Shown: positions 15,932 through 24,818, counted from the first letter of the stretch. The stretch is DNA of 64,000 bases from an uncultured Clostridia bacterium (GCA_947053595.1 CAMRSX010000004.1:13711-77710); one strand, 5' to 3'. A program made the numbers and translations. The notes: a model not told the origin generated them from the sequence alone.

Positions 15932-16675
15932 TCACAAATCCCTTCCAATTTCGCTTTCGTCAACATTTGGGTTGACATAGCGAAACTTTTTCTTTTTGTT
16001 TTGATATAAAATTGCCTTGTTTGGGCAGCGGTGATAACACCCAAGGCATGCCACGCACTTATCGCCAAACACAATTTTTCCGTCCTGAAGCGAAATGTTG
16101 CCAACAGGGCAAAGCGAAACGCACTTTTGGCATTGCACACAATTTTGACTTGTGCAAAAGCGCTGCCCAATCAGGTGCCAGTTGCTTTTGTTTTTGAGAT
16201 ATTTTGCCTCTTTTGTTTTCTTTTTCTTTGGAACATGTGGCGTGCCAGTTTCAATTTGATTGAGCACCTTGTCAATGGCTTTTCCGCAGTTTTTAAGCAC
16301 GCTTTTCAAATAAAACTTTGGCACGGTGAATGTGAGTGTGAAGTTTTCTGGCATCTTGATGACAAACACGCTTTTGATGTTAAGCCCCAGCTTTGTGGCG
16401 TAGGAATAAAGCAAAAAGTCTGCCCCGCCAACCATGCCGCCATAGTTTTGAATGACAATCAGCTCTCTTTGTTTGTTCAGCCTTGAAAGAAGGCTGTGCA
16501 CATGCGTTGGCATGCCATAAGAATATATTGGCGTGACAAGCACAAGCTTTTCAAACTCACTGCCGTCGCCTTGATATTTTGGAATGTAAACAATTTTGCC
16601 GCCAAAGCGCTGCTGCTCCTTTTTGGCAATGAAGAGGCTGTTGCCCGTGGATGAGAAATACAAAATTCCGTTCAT
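15932..16675 (-). CDS. EFR1-family ferredoxin (flavodoxin-like domain plus 2x[4Fe-4S] motif)
   Basis: N-terminal ILYFSSTGNS. C-terminal CVQCQKCVSLCP and CVACLGCYHRCP are ferredoxin cluster motifs. ATGA overlap with the upstream gene. Confidence 0.8.
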   Translation of the reverse strand: MNGILYFSSTGNSLFIAKKEQQRFGGKIVYIPKYQGDGSEFEKLVLVTPIYSYGMPTHVHSLLSRLNKQRELIVIQNYGGMVGGADFLLYSYATKLGLNIKSVFVIKMPENFTLTFTVPKFYLKSVLKNCGKAIDKVLNQIETGTPHVPKKKKTKEAKYLKNKSNWHLIGQRFCTSQNCVQCQKCVSLCPVGNISLQDGKIVFGDKCVACLGCYHRCPNKAILYQNKKKKFRYVNPNVDESEIGRDL

Positions 16676-17367
16676 GCTTCCTCTCCCTTTTTGATGTCTG
16701 CCGTGCCATTGATGTGTTTCTCAATTGTGCAGTTGCCAAAATATCTGCCTGTGCAAGCACCACTGCAGTCCACCTTCAAGCTGGTGTTGCAAGTAAATTC
16801 AAACTCCATTGCGCCGTCCACATTCAACTCTGCCACATTTGTTACAAAATTTTTGTCCTCAATTTCAACCGCGCCGTCACAATCCACAAAAAAGTTTTCT
16901 GCGCTGCCGTTTATGCTTGCCATCAGTGCGCCATCCACATCCAACCTAATTTCCTGAAAGTCTCCTTCAATTTTGCAATCTGCAGCGCCATCCACAATGG
17001 CATATAAATGCGTTATTTTGATTTGAGAAGGCACAACAATCTTCAGCTTTTTGCTTTTATATCCCACAAGCGCTGTGTGCGAATTGAGCTTTTGCCTTAC
17101 AATCAGCATGCCGTTGCCTTCAGCAAAGGAAAACTTCTCTTGGTCGCTTTGCGTGTAGTCAATTGAAAGAGTTTGGCCATACGAAAACTCAAAATCCACC
17201 CCGCCATTTATGTCCAAAGAAATTTTGGAAAATTGTGTTTGAGCGGTGTAACTTCCTTCCACAAGGCCAGTTTCTTTTTCCATAGAACAGCAAGCGGCAA
17301 GCGATGCTGTGCAAAGTGCAAGGCAAAAGCCAATCAAAAGCACGCCAAGAAGTTTTTTTGTTTTCAT
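16672..17367 (-). CDS. Lipoprotein with DUF4097-like (putative adhesin beta-helix) repeats
   Basis: Start at ATG 17367 after AGAGGA. Signal peptide MKTKKLLGVLLIGFCLALCTASLAAC. Repetitive D-G-A/V-containing beta strands (VDGALMASINGSAENFFVDCDGAVEIE). Confidence 0.65.
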   Translation of the reverse strand: MKTKKLLGVLLIGFCLALCTASLAACCSMEKETGLVEGSYTAQTQFSKISLDINGGVDFEFSYGQTLSIDYTQSDQEKFSFAEGNGMLIVRQKLNSHTALVGYKSKKLKIVVPSQIKITHLYAIVDGAADCKIEGDFQEIRLDVDGALMASINGSAENFFVDCDGAVEIEDKNFVTNVAELNVDGAMEFEFTCNTSLKVDCSGACTGRYFGNCTIEKHINGTADIKKGEEA

Positions 17368-17381
17368 AATTTTTTCCTCTT

Positions 17382-17675
17382 TCATTTTTTAAGCCCTTCG
17401 CAAGTGCAAAGCACAATGTCCTCAAGCAGTGCGTGATTTTCCAAGTCTTCAATCATATACATGGGTTTTGCTCCCTTGTAAGGAATTTCTTGCGACATAT
17501 TGAACTTTTCATTTGTTTTTGTGATTTTGACAAGCACGCGGGTGTCATAAATTCCGCCAAACAAAAGATTGTTGTGATATAACAAATAACCTCCCATCAT
17601 TGGACGGCAAGTTATGCCATCAATGTCACAAAACTGCTCCACAACAAAAGCTTTAAATTCCTTTGGTGTTGCCAT
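17382..17675 (-). CDS. TfoX N-terminal domain protein
   Basis: 97 aa. EFKAFVVEQF...ITCRPMMGGYLLYHNNLLFGGIYDTRVLVK matches the TfoX_N pattern. Confidence 0.75.
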   Translation of the reverse strand: MATPKEFKAFVVEQFCDIDGITCRPMMGGYLLYHNNLLFGGIYDTRVLVKITKTNEKFNMSQEIPYKGAKPMYMIEDLENHALLEDIVLCTCEGLKK

Positions 17676-17798
17676 TTTTTTCTCGCCCCCTTTTTATCAA
17701 AAATTTTTGTCTTCAACTTTATTTTAAAGGAAAAGCGGCATAAACACAAAAAGTTTTTCACAAAAAACACAAAATTTAGGGCAAGTTTAAAAAAAATT

Positions 17799-18668
17799 TT
17801 ATTCTTTTGCCAAGCTTGGCGCAAATTTTTCAAAAATTTTCAAACTTTTTTGCACATTTTCAAAAAATTGAGAATTTTGTCTTAACATAACGGACAACTG
17901 CTGCTTTGGGAACGGGTGAGAGAACTGGTCGTTGCCCAGCTCAATGGTTAGCGCGGGAATTTTCAGTTTTTCCACACACCAATCCTTAAAGCCTCCGCTG
18001 CTGACCTCTTGTGTGGGTTTGATGGCATAGCCCGTGCTTTTGGCAAACACTTGAGCAATTTTTGCATCCCTTTCAAGCCGCTTGCCCTCTTGAAAAAAGT
18101 CAAAATAAATTTCTTCGCCCTTCAAATGAAAGCTGACAGACAAAAACAGGTTGAGCTTGTTTGTCAAGGCTGCCAAAGCTTGCACCTCTGGCTGTGACAT
18201 TGGTGCATTTCCATAAAACCCCTGCGACGAAGGAGAGGTTTTGTTGGAAAACTTGGTTTGCCAGCGCGCATCCCAGTTGTTGTTTAAATCCACTCCGTTG
18301 GCGTTGGCTTTGAAAAGTGAGAAATCGTCGCTGCCGTTGATTTCAATCAGTTTGCGCCTATCTTTTGCCTGCAGCCAGTTTGCGCCCAGCGTACACAAAT
18401 TTGCCCCGTCAGGGTTCACCAGCGGCACAAAACAAAAGTTGCAGTTTGCCTTTTGGCTTTCAAGCTGCTTAAATAAGTGACAGACAACATCGCAAGACAG
18501 ATGCTCTCTTGCGTGCATTCCAGCAGTGACAAGCGCCCATTTAAAGCACGGATTGTTTTGTTTGCAAAGCGCAAAGATGTTCTGTCCCAGCACAGACTTT
18601 CCAATCACACTCACCTCAAGTTTTGGCGCGTGGCAACACAAAAAATTTTCTAACTGAAATTGGTTCAT
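17799..18668 (-). CDS. M14-family zinc carboxypeptidase (gamma-D-glutamyl-meso-DAP peptidase-like)
   Basis: GMHAREHLS is the HxxE zinc motif, and VSFHLKGEEIYF supplies the third ligand His. Size is 289 aa. Confidence 0.75.
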   Translation of the reverse strand: MNQFQLENFLCCHAPKLEVSVIGKSVLGQNIFALCKQNNPCFKWALVTAGMHAREHLSCDVVCHLFKQLESQKANCNFCFVPLVNPDGANLCTLGANWLQAKDRRKLIEINGSDDFSLFKANANGVDLNNNWDARWQTKFSNKTSPSSQGFYGNAPMSQPEVQALAALTNKLNLFLSVSFHLKGEEIYFDFFQEGKRLERDAKIAQVFAKSTGYAIKPTQEVSSGGFKDWCVEKLKIPALTIELGNDQFSHPFPKQQLSVMLRQNSQFFENVQKSLKIFEKFAPSLAKE

Positions 18669-18749
18669 AATATATATTTATTAACATCAATGTGTTTTCT
18701 TGCGTATTTTCGTTCGCTTAAAAGGAGAGTTTGTACTATAATTTTGGAT

Positions 18750-20489
18750 ATGATTTTGCAAAAACACTATCAGCAACTTTTGCCAGTTGCCAATGCCGTG
18801 GTGGAACAATTAAGCCATCAGCATTACGTGCATTTTTCGTTGAGAGAAGATGTGCTTTCTTCGGCGCAGCTTAATGTTTTGGAGTTTTGCAATTTGGAAT
18901 ATGACAACTTTGTGCAAGCTGACAGCAACTTGCAAAGCGGCAACCCTTCACAGAAAGCCAAAAGCGTTGAAGAGCGGTGCTTTGAATTTGTATATAACAA
19001 CACTCAACGCTTTTTTAGGACAGAGCGAACAGCGGCATTTTTGAAAAGCACCAACACGCCATTGAAGGGAAAGTATAATGAAACTATGCAACTTCAAGAC
19101 GCACTTGTCAGCAACGAACCTTCGCCACAGAGTGCGCTGGAAGACAAGCACGCACAAAGCGAAATCAAAAAGCTTTTTTCCAATCTTCCCAAAAAACAGC
19201 TCTTGATTTTTAAAAGTGTGATTTTAAACAAAGACAGCTCCACCGAGCAGCTTGCTGAAAACTTTCACATCACCACGGCGCAGCTGAAAGAGGTGGTTGA
19301 CAGCGTACTGAAAAAGATTTTTGACGAGGCTGGTGAAAGCGCCTATGACAAATATGCGCACGCGGTTGCAAGGGCAAACAACTTTAGACTTATGACAAAC
19401 ATAAAGCAAAATTGGCAGTTTTTGACACGCAAGATGCAAGAAATTTTAAAATCGCGATATGTGCTTAAAATGAAGCTGTGCGATGTTGCAAAAAAGTTTG
19501 GATATTTAGACCCCAAAATTGTTGGCTACACAAAAAACATCCTCAAGACTTTGGCAACCAACTCTCCGCAAAAAGAGGCATTGCTTGCGCGTCTTTCAAA
19601 AAAGAGAGCAGAGGAGGATTTTGTCAGCTTTGTAAAGCGCGACAAAGCCTGTCTTTTGCTGCTGGCAAGCATCCGTCCAACACGACGGGACATTTTTGAG
19701 CGGCATTATTTCCAAAACGAAAGATTTCCTGCCATCGCAAAAACTTACAACAAAAGCAAGCTTCGCGTTGCGGACATTTGCAACAATGTGACAACGCTTC
19801 TCAAAAAATTCATCAGCAGCACTCCGCAGCAAAAGCAAGACATCTTGTCTTCCATCAGCCGAACAGGAAAGCACCATGCTGTGGAAAGGGCAGACTTTGC
19901 AATGAAAGGCATTGTGAGAGAGTTCATCTCGCTTAAAAACTGGCAAGACATTGTTGAAGCATTTCCAAAAAGCGACCAAATCATCATCCGAAAGTTTTTG
20001 ATTGAGGGCATGCCTGCCAGCGCAATCGCAAAACAAACAAATTTTGCAACTTACTCCATTCCAAAGCGCGGCGACCTTATCTGCAAAAAGCTGGAAGTGT
20101 TTGTGCGTGGCACAGAACCAGAAAAAACGCGTGCGCTTCAGATGCTTCACAAAAACCATTGGATGCCGCACAAAATCAAAGACAATGTGGCACTGTTCAT
20201 GAAAAACAAAAACTTTCCAAAACTGGTGAAAAGTTTTCCAAAGGTTGACCAAATCATTTTAAAAAAATATATGATTGAAGGCCAGCTTGCGCCAGATGTG
20301 GGAAAACTGGTGAACTTGGGAAAAACTGGCGTCAACTTTCGGGCAAACAAAATTTCTGGCATCATTGACATCATAAACACTGGCACGCAAGCGGAAATTG
20401 AGAAATGCATGCGCAAACTTAAGCGTGCTTACATTGCAAAAGCAAAGCCAAAACAAGACCTTTCAAAATCTCAAAAAGAAAAAACATAG
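18750..20489 (+). CDS. Protein composed of ~5 tandem sigma-70 region-4-like HTH modules
   Basis: The repeated pattern L-P/T-x5-I/L-x3-Y/F..[~10]..IAK/VAK..[HTH]..LKK occurs at least 5 times. Examples: NLPKKQLLIFKSVIL..LAENFHITTAQLKEVV; LTRKMQEILKSRYV..VAKKFGY; RPTRRDIFERHYF..IAKTYNKSKLRV; FPKSDQIIIRKFLIEGMPASAIAKQTNF; FPKVDQIILKKYMIEGQLAPDVGKLVNL. The start is uncertain: the track gives TTG 18660, and ATG 18750 is chosen here. Confidence 0.6.
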   Translation: MILQKHYQQLLPVANAVVEQLSHQHYVHFSLREDVLSSAQLNVLEFCNLEYDNFVQADSNLQSGNPSQKAKSVEERCFEFVYNNTQRFFRTERTAAFLKSTNTPLKGKYNETMQLQDALVSNEPSPQSALEDKHAQSEIKKLFSNLPKKQLLIFKSVILNKDSSTEQLAENFHITTAQLKEVVDSVLKKIFDEAGESAYDKYAHAVARANNFRLMTNIKQNWQFLTRKMQEILKSRYVLKMKLCDVAKKFGYLDPKIVGYTKNILKTLATNSPQKEALLARLSKKRAEEDFVSFVKRDKACLLLLASIRPTRRDIFERHYFQNERFPAIAKTYNKSKLRVADICNNVTTLLKKFISSTPQQKQDILSSISRTGKHHAVERADFAMKGIVREFISLKNWQDIVEAFPKSDQIIIRKFLIEGMPASAIAKQTNFATYSIPKRGDLICKKLEVFVRGTEPEKTRALQMLHKNHWMPHKIKDNVALFMKNKNFPKLVKSFPKVDQIILKKYMIEGQLAPDVGKLVNLGKTGVNFRANKISGIIDIINTGTQAEIEKCMRKLKRAYIAKAKPKQDLSKSQKEKT

Positions 20490-20515
20490 AATTTTTTCTA
20501 TGTTTTATTTTTTTA
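20483..20515 (+). terminator. Rho-independent terminator (stop codon inside the stem)
   Basis: AACATAGAA-tttt-TTCTATGTT followed by a T-rich run. Confidence 0.8.
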
Positions 20516-20584
20516 TGGCTGTTTGCGCGTTAATTAGCATTTAAGTGTTTTTGCAGTTTTTACGCTATTTTCCAAAAAGAAAGC

Positions 20585-21259
20585 TCAATTTGGCGCCTTT
20601 TTATAAACATTCTCCAGTTTTTCTTGGATGTTGACATAGTTTTCAATCACAAGTTTGCAAAAACTTTCCATCTCTTCTTTGTGAGCCACATTAAATTTAT
20701 TGATGACGCCAACGCAAAAAACGCCCAAGGAGTTTGCACTTTTAAGCGAGCCAAAAGAGTCTTCAAACAAAATCACTTCTTGTGCTTTCACGCCCAACTT
20801 TTCAAAGCTTGTTTTATAAAAGTGTGGGTCACGCTTTGGTGCACCAATGTTGCGTTCTGTCAAAATTTTGTCAAAAACATCCAACCCAAGTGGTTTCAAA
20901 ATTGCATTCAACAAACTCTCTTCTGTTGCGGAAGCAAGCACAAGCGTTTTGCCCTGTTTTTTTAAACTCAACAAAAACTTTTCCACTCCTTCAATCGGCT
21001 TCACTTCGCTCTTATATTTTTCTTCCATGGCTTTGCACCAGAAGTCAATCACTTCTTCGCAAGTGGCATCCAGCCCAGCAAACTCAATGAATGCCTGCGC
21101 AAACTCTGGATTGGTTTTGCCTTCCCAAATGTCCTTCAACTTTTCATCCACCTCAAGGCCATAGTGTGGAAAAGCCTCTTCCGTCATCACTTTGTGCCAG
21201 TGTTCCAGCGAATCCACAATGGTGTTGTCAAAGTCAAAAAAATATGTCGTTTTTTCCAT
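20585..21259 (-). CDS. HAD-superfamily hydrolase (subfamily IA-like)
   Basis: Motif I is FFDFDNTIVDS (DxDxT), motif II is LASAT, and the acidic motif III region is FEDSFGSLKSANSLG. Start at ATG 21259 after AAGGGAGA. Confidence 0.8.
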   Translation of the reverse strand: MEKTTYFFDFDNTIVDSLEHWHKVMTEEAFPHYGLEVDEKLKDIWEGKTNPEFAQAFIEFAGLDATCEEVIDFWCKAMEEKYKSEVKPIEGVEKFLLSLKKQGKTLVLASATEESLLNAILKPLGLDVFDKILTERNIGAPKRDPHFYKTSFEKLGVKAQEVILFEDSFGSLKSANSLGVFCVGVINKFNVAHKEEMESFCKLVIENYVNIQEKLENVYKKAPN

Positions 21260-21377
21260 ACATCTCCCTTGCATTATATGCATTCTTCTTTCCCGCGCAT
21301 TTTGCGCGCAATTTCACATCTTTACATGCAGTTTCAGTTTTGACCGCACGTCATTTTTTTTACAAAGCATTGCGTTC

Positions 21378-21530
21378 TTAAAGCATGGTTTTAAAAATTT
21401 CAAAAACAAAATCATCTTGCGTCTTTTCTGTATGCCACTGCACGCCAAGAATTTTGAAAGCTTTGTCTTCAATCGCCTGCAAAGTCACTTCATCCCGCCT
21501 TGTGTTGATGTTGCAAACTCCACTCATCAT
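21378..21530 (-). pseudogene. C-terminal fragment of a class-I glutamine amidotransferase / peptidase C26-like gene
   Basis: A 50-codon ORF, below the track threshold: MMSGVCNINTRRDEVTLQAIEDKAFKILGVQWHTEKTQDDFVFEIFKTML. It contains the GVQWH(P/T)E signature of the GATase-1 C-terminus but lacks the whole N-terminal catalytic Cys part. Confidence 0.5.
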
Positions 21531-21874
21531 CAGTGTGTGGTTGGAATCCTGTCAATGGCATCCAATATGTATTTTTTGTCAAACTTAAAATCATCATATC
21601 CAACCATAACGCGTCCAAGATAAGCTTTGTCAGGATATTTTGGATGTGTGTCGTTAATTACATAAACTAGAGCTTCAATCTTCTTGCCATTAAACTCAAT
21701 ATTTACGTATTCTTTTCGATATAAAGTTGGATACCCCTCAATGATATCCAGTTCTTTTTCTGCCAAATCATCAATTTGCCAAACCCCAACAGGAACTTGT
21801 CCCCTTTTACAAGGCTCAACTGTAATATATCTTTTGAATTCAATTTGCCAATCTTTCAAAACAGCTTTGCCCAC
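21530..21874 (-). CDS. Gamma-glutamylcyclotransferase (GGCT/AIG2-like) protein, 5' end probably degraded
   Basis: The core LDIIEGYPTLYRKEYVNIEF..ALVYV is GGCT-like. The ORF starts at GTG without the usual N-terminal YGS motif. An upstream out-of-frame piece (..RMKEKSALYL) resembles the missing segment, which suggests a frameshift near 21875. Confidence 0.5.
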   Translation of the reverse strand: MGKAVLKDWQIEFKRYITVEPCKRGQVPVGVWQIDDLAEKELDIIEGYPTLYRKEYVNIEFNGKKIEALVYVINDTHPKYPDKAYLGRVMVGYDDFKFDKKYILDAIDRIPTTH

Positions 21875-21967
21875 TAAGATACAGTGCAGACTTCTCTTTC
21901 ATGCGAACGAGGAAGCAATATATCTTTGATATTTTGCGACGAAGTTTTGATTTTGCGATAATCAAAA

Positions 21968-22576
21968 TTATTCAAATATAAATCCATCTGTATTTAAAAT
22001 TTTAAATCGACCTTTTGAGAATTCAATTTCAGCACATGCAACATCTTTAATATCCAAGAGTTTTCTTTTGTCTTTCAAAATGACTTGAAAAATACTTCTC
22101 AAAACTCCTCCATGAGTTATGATTGCAATTCTGTCCATGCTTTTGCTTTCTTTAAGAATGTATTTCATAACAGACTTTGCACGTTTATCCAGTTCATCAG
22201 CAGTTTCGCCGCCAGGCATACATTTACGATTATAATAACTTGCGTTTTGATATTCTGGTCTTTCCAATAAATATGCAAAAAGCTCTTTTGCCAAGTTTTT
22301 TTCAAGTCCCGTCAAATATCCATAATGATTTGTTTCGTGCAAATCAAAAACCTTTTCAACTGGCTTTTTTATCTTTTTATTGAGAATGTCTACTGTTTTA
22401 TAAGCTCGTTTCAGCGGGCTGACATAAATTTTGTCAACATTCATTTTCTCAAATGTTGGTCTAAATTTTTCAACTTTTTTGATGCCATTCTCTGTCAAGT
22501 CCCAGTCAGAAGCACCGCCATAGCAATTTATCAAATCATCTTGCGATTCACTGTGTCTTATCAAATATATTTTCAT
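21968..22576 (-). CDS. Histidine phosphatase (phosphoglycerate mutase) family protein
   Basis: IYLIRHSES is the RH catalytic motif, and ITHGGVLR supplies the second His. 202 aa. Confidence 0.8.
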   Translation of the reverse strand: MKIYLIRHSESQDDLINCYGGASDWDLTENGIKKVEKFRPTFEKMNVDKIYVSPLKRAYKTVDILNKKIKKPVEKVFDLHETNHYGYLTGLEKNLAKELFAYLLERPEYQNASYYNRKCMPGGETADELDKRAKSVMKYILKESKSMDRIAIITHGGVLRSIFQVILKDKRKLLDIKDVACAEIEFSKGRFKILNTDGFIFE

Positions 22577-22621
22577 CAGTTTCTCCTTTTAATTAAAAAA
22601 AGACTTTTTGTATAGTATAGT

Positions 22622-22696
22622 TGGTGCTCCCGTCAGGACTCGAACCCGAACAAATGGTTCCGAAGACCATTGTGCTATCCATTACACCACGAGAGC
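22622..22696 (-). tRNA. tRNA-Arg (anticodon UCG), CCA encoded
   Basis: Manual cloverleaf of the reverse complement. Acceptor GCTCTCG/CGGGAGC. D arm GTGT-AATGGATA-GCAC. Anticodon arm ATGGT-CTTCGGA-ACCAT. T arm TCGGG-TTCGAGT-CCTGA. Discriminator A, then CCA. 75 nt. Confidence 0.93.
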
Positions 22697-22832
22697 AAGG
22701 TTTCTGTTTGCTTATTTAATATATCTTTTTTCTTACAAAATGTCAAATTTATTTGTAAAATTCTTCGTTTGCTTGCTTTTTTTGTTAATTGCGGTTAAAA
22801 TAAACTTGTACATATTTTTTGAGGAAGGTTTT

Positions 22833-24818
22833 ATGAAAAAGTTCAAATCAGTTCTCATCTATTTGATTGTCTTTACAATCCTTGGCTATGCTGCTGGTGT
22901 GGCACTTTATTATTTCACTCAACATCCATCCAGTTTTACTGACGCCTTGACAAAAGACTATGCTTGGCTTGGGGCTGGCGGAGGAGTAATTCTTGGGCTT
23001 TTGTTTGCATATCTTGCCAAACCAAAAAGCACCAAGCCTGAAAAATCCAAGGGCAAAACTGCCAGCGGTCAAGAGATGGATTTGGCATATGACGCGCAGT
23101 GGTTGTCGGTGGAAAAGATTAAAGACCAAAAGGGCTTGATTTCCACCACTTGGAGCCAGCTTCCTCAGCTTAAAAACACTGGTATTGTGTTTAGAAATCA
23201 GATTGCTGGTGGAAAATATCAGATTGCAATGAAAGACGAATATCACTGCCTCATCATTGGAACAACAGCATCCGGAAAAACCAGCGCATGTTTGGTTCCA
23301 ACAATCAGAATTTTGGGACACTCTGGCGAAAAGCCTTGCATGGTGATTTCTGACCCTAAGGGCGAGCTTTACACCATGACCAGCAAGATTATGGAAGACG
23401 AGGGATATCGTGTGCTTACCCTCAACCTGCGTGACGCATTTTCCTCCACCCGCTGGAACCCTATGGACCACGCGTTTGAACTTTTTCACAAAGGAAAGAA
23501 CTGCAAAAACAACATCAAAAAATGCTCTAATGGCACCAAGCCTCAAGCGGCTGGATATCAAGAGATTCCTGGCGAAACCTATGGACAAGAATGGTTTGGC
23601 TTTGAAAATGTTGCATATCCAAATGAAGATTCGCTTCGCGTGGCTGTGAAAAGCGCCGAGCAGGTTTATTGTGACCTTGCGCAAAACGAGTTGAGAGAAA
23701 TTTGCAACACCATTGCGCCAAAATCCAAAGCGCAAGACCCAACTTGGGAAGAAGGTGCACAAGACTATCTGTATGGCTGCGCACTTGCCATGCTGGAAGA
23801 CAGCTTAAACCCAGAGCTTGGCATGACAAGAGAAAAGTTCAACTTCTATAACCTATATAAAATTGCAACCTTCCGTGACCCAGATGCTGACGCGCCATTT
23901 GAAACCGTGAGAAAATATTTGTTGCAAGGGCGTGACGAATCCACTTCCAATGTTCCAAACCTCACATCTGCAGTCATCAACAACAGCCCAAACACCACAA
24001 AATCTTACATTGGTGTGTTGAACGGAAAGATATCTTTCATGAACGACATTGGAATTTCTTATCTGACTTCCGAAAGCGACATCAACTTTGAAGAGTTTAC
24101 GGACAAGCCAACAGTTTTTTACCTTATCATTCCTGACGACCGCGAAGAGCGTCACAACCTTGCAATTTTGTGTTTGTCGCAGCTTTATAAGCGCTTGGTG
24201 GACAAAGCCAACACATATCACACAAAAAAATTGCCAAGTCACGTTTATTTTATCTTGGAAGAATTTGGTAACTTGCCTCCAATTCCAAAGTTTGACAGCA
24301 TGATTACCGTATCCCGCGGACGCAACATCTTGTATGAGATGGCAGTGCAGTCTTACACACAGCTTGAAACAAAATATGGGCAAGACGCTGCAAAAACCAT
24401 CATTGGAAACTGCAATGCTCAGATTTATCTTGGAACGGACGACCAACCAACGCGCGATTCGTTTTCTAAGATGTGCGGCGAAGTTCAGCTTTTGCATGAA
24501 GAAACCAGCGTTTCAAAGTCTGACAAAGACAAGGACAGCAAAAACACTTCCACCAGCACACAGCGCACCACAAGGGCGCTCATCACATCTTATGAGCTTG
24601 GACAGATTCCTCGCAACACCGTGATTGTGAAATTGTTTAGGTATAATCCAATGAAAATTCAGCAGACGCCTGTTTATGAAACACCATTCTTCTATAAGAA
24701 AGACGCTGAAACTCCAATTGGCATTATGAAGAGTTTGGACACACAAAAAGTTTATTATGACATAAAGATGAGAAACAAGAAAATTTTGAAGTCTTCCAAC
24801 CCTTTTGACAGATTTTAA
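22833..24818 (+). CDS. Type IV secretion coupling protein (VirD4/TraG/TraD family ATPase), orphan
   Basis: Start at ATG 22833 after GAGGAAGG; the track start at 22608 would overlap the tRNA. There are two N-terminal TM helices. Walker A is IIGTTASGKTS and the Walker B-like motif is VYFILEEFGNLPPIPKF. It is followed by VSRGRNILYEMAVQSYTQLETKYGQDAAKTIIGNCNAQIYLGTDD, typical of T4CPs. Confidence 0.8.
   Translation: MKKFKSVLIYLIVFTILGYAAGVALYYFTQHPSSFTDALTKDYAWLGAGGGVILGLLFAYLAKPKSTKPEKSKGKTASGQEMDLAYDAQWLSVEKIKDQKGLISTTWSQLPQLKNTGIVFRNQIAGGKYQIAMKDEYHCLIIGTTASGKTSACLVPTIRILGHSGEKPCMVISDPKGELYTMTSKIMEDEGYRVLTLNLRDAFSSTRWNPMDHAFELFHKGKNCKNNIKKCSNGTKPQAAGYQEIPGETYGQEWFGFENVAYPNEDSLRVAVKSAEQVYCDLAQNELREICNTIAPKSKAQDPTWEEGAQDYLYGCALAMLEDSLNPELGMTREKFNFYNLYKIATFRDPDADAPFETVRKYLLQGRDESTSNVPNLTSAVINNSPNTTKSYIGVLNGKISFMNDIGISYLTSESDINFEEFTDKPTVFYLIIPDDREERHNLAILCLSQLYKRLVDKANTYHTKKLPSHVYFILEEFGNLPPIPKFDSMITVSRGRNILYEMAVQSYTQLETKYGQDAAKTIIGNCNAQIYLGTDDQPTRDSFSKMCGEVQLLHEETSVSKSDKDKDSKNTSTSTQRTTRALITSYELGQIPRNTVIVKLFRYNPMKIQQTPVYETPFFYKKDAETPIGIMKSLDTQKVYYDIKMRNKKILKSSNPFDRF

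Noticed and set aside
20490-22621. Searched by eye for a direct repeat of the tRNA-Arg 3' end (att site) or an integrase that would define an integrated element.
   Set aside because: None was found in the window. A proper computational repeat search is needed before calling a mobile element.
22608-22832. N-terminal 75-codon extension of the T4CP ORF in the track.
   Set aside because: It overlaps the tRNA-Arg gene on the opposite strand. The internal ATG at 22833 has a GAGGAAGG RBS and begins a normal TM-containing N-terminus.
22848-24497. Minus-strand ORFs of 304 and 214 aa antisense to the T4CP gene.
   Set aside because: They are shadow ORFs. The plus-strand product carries clear Walker and T4CP motifs.
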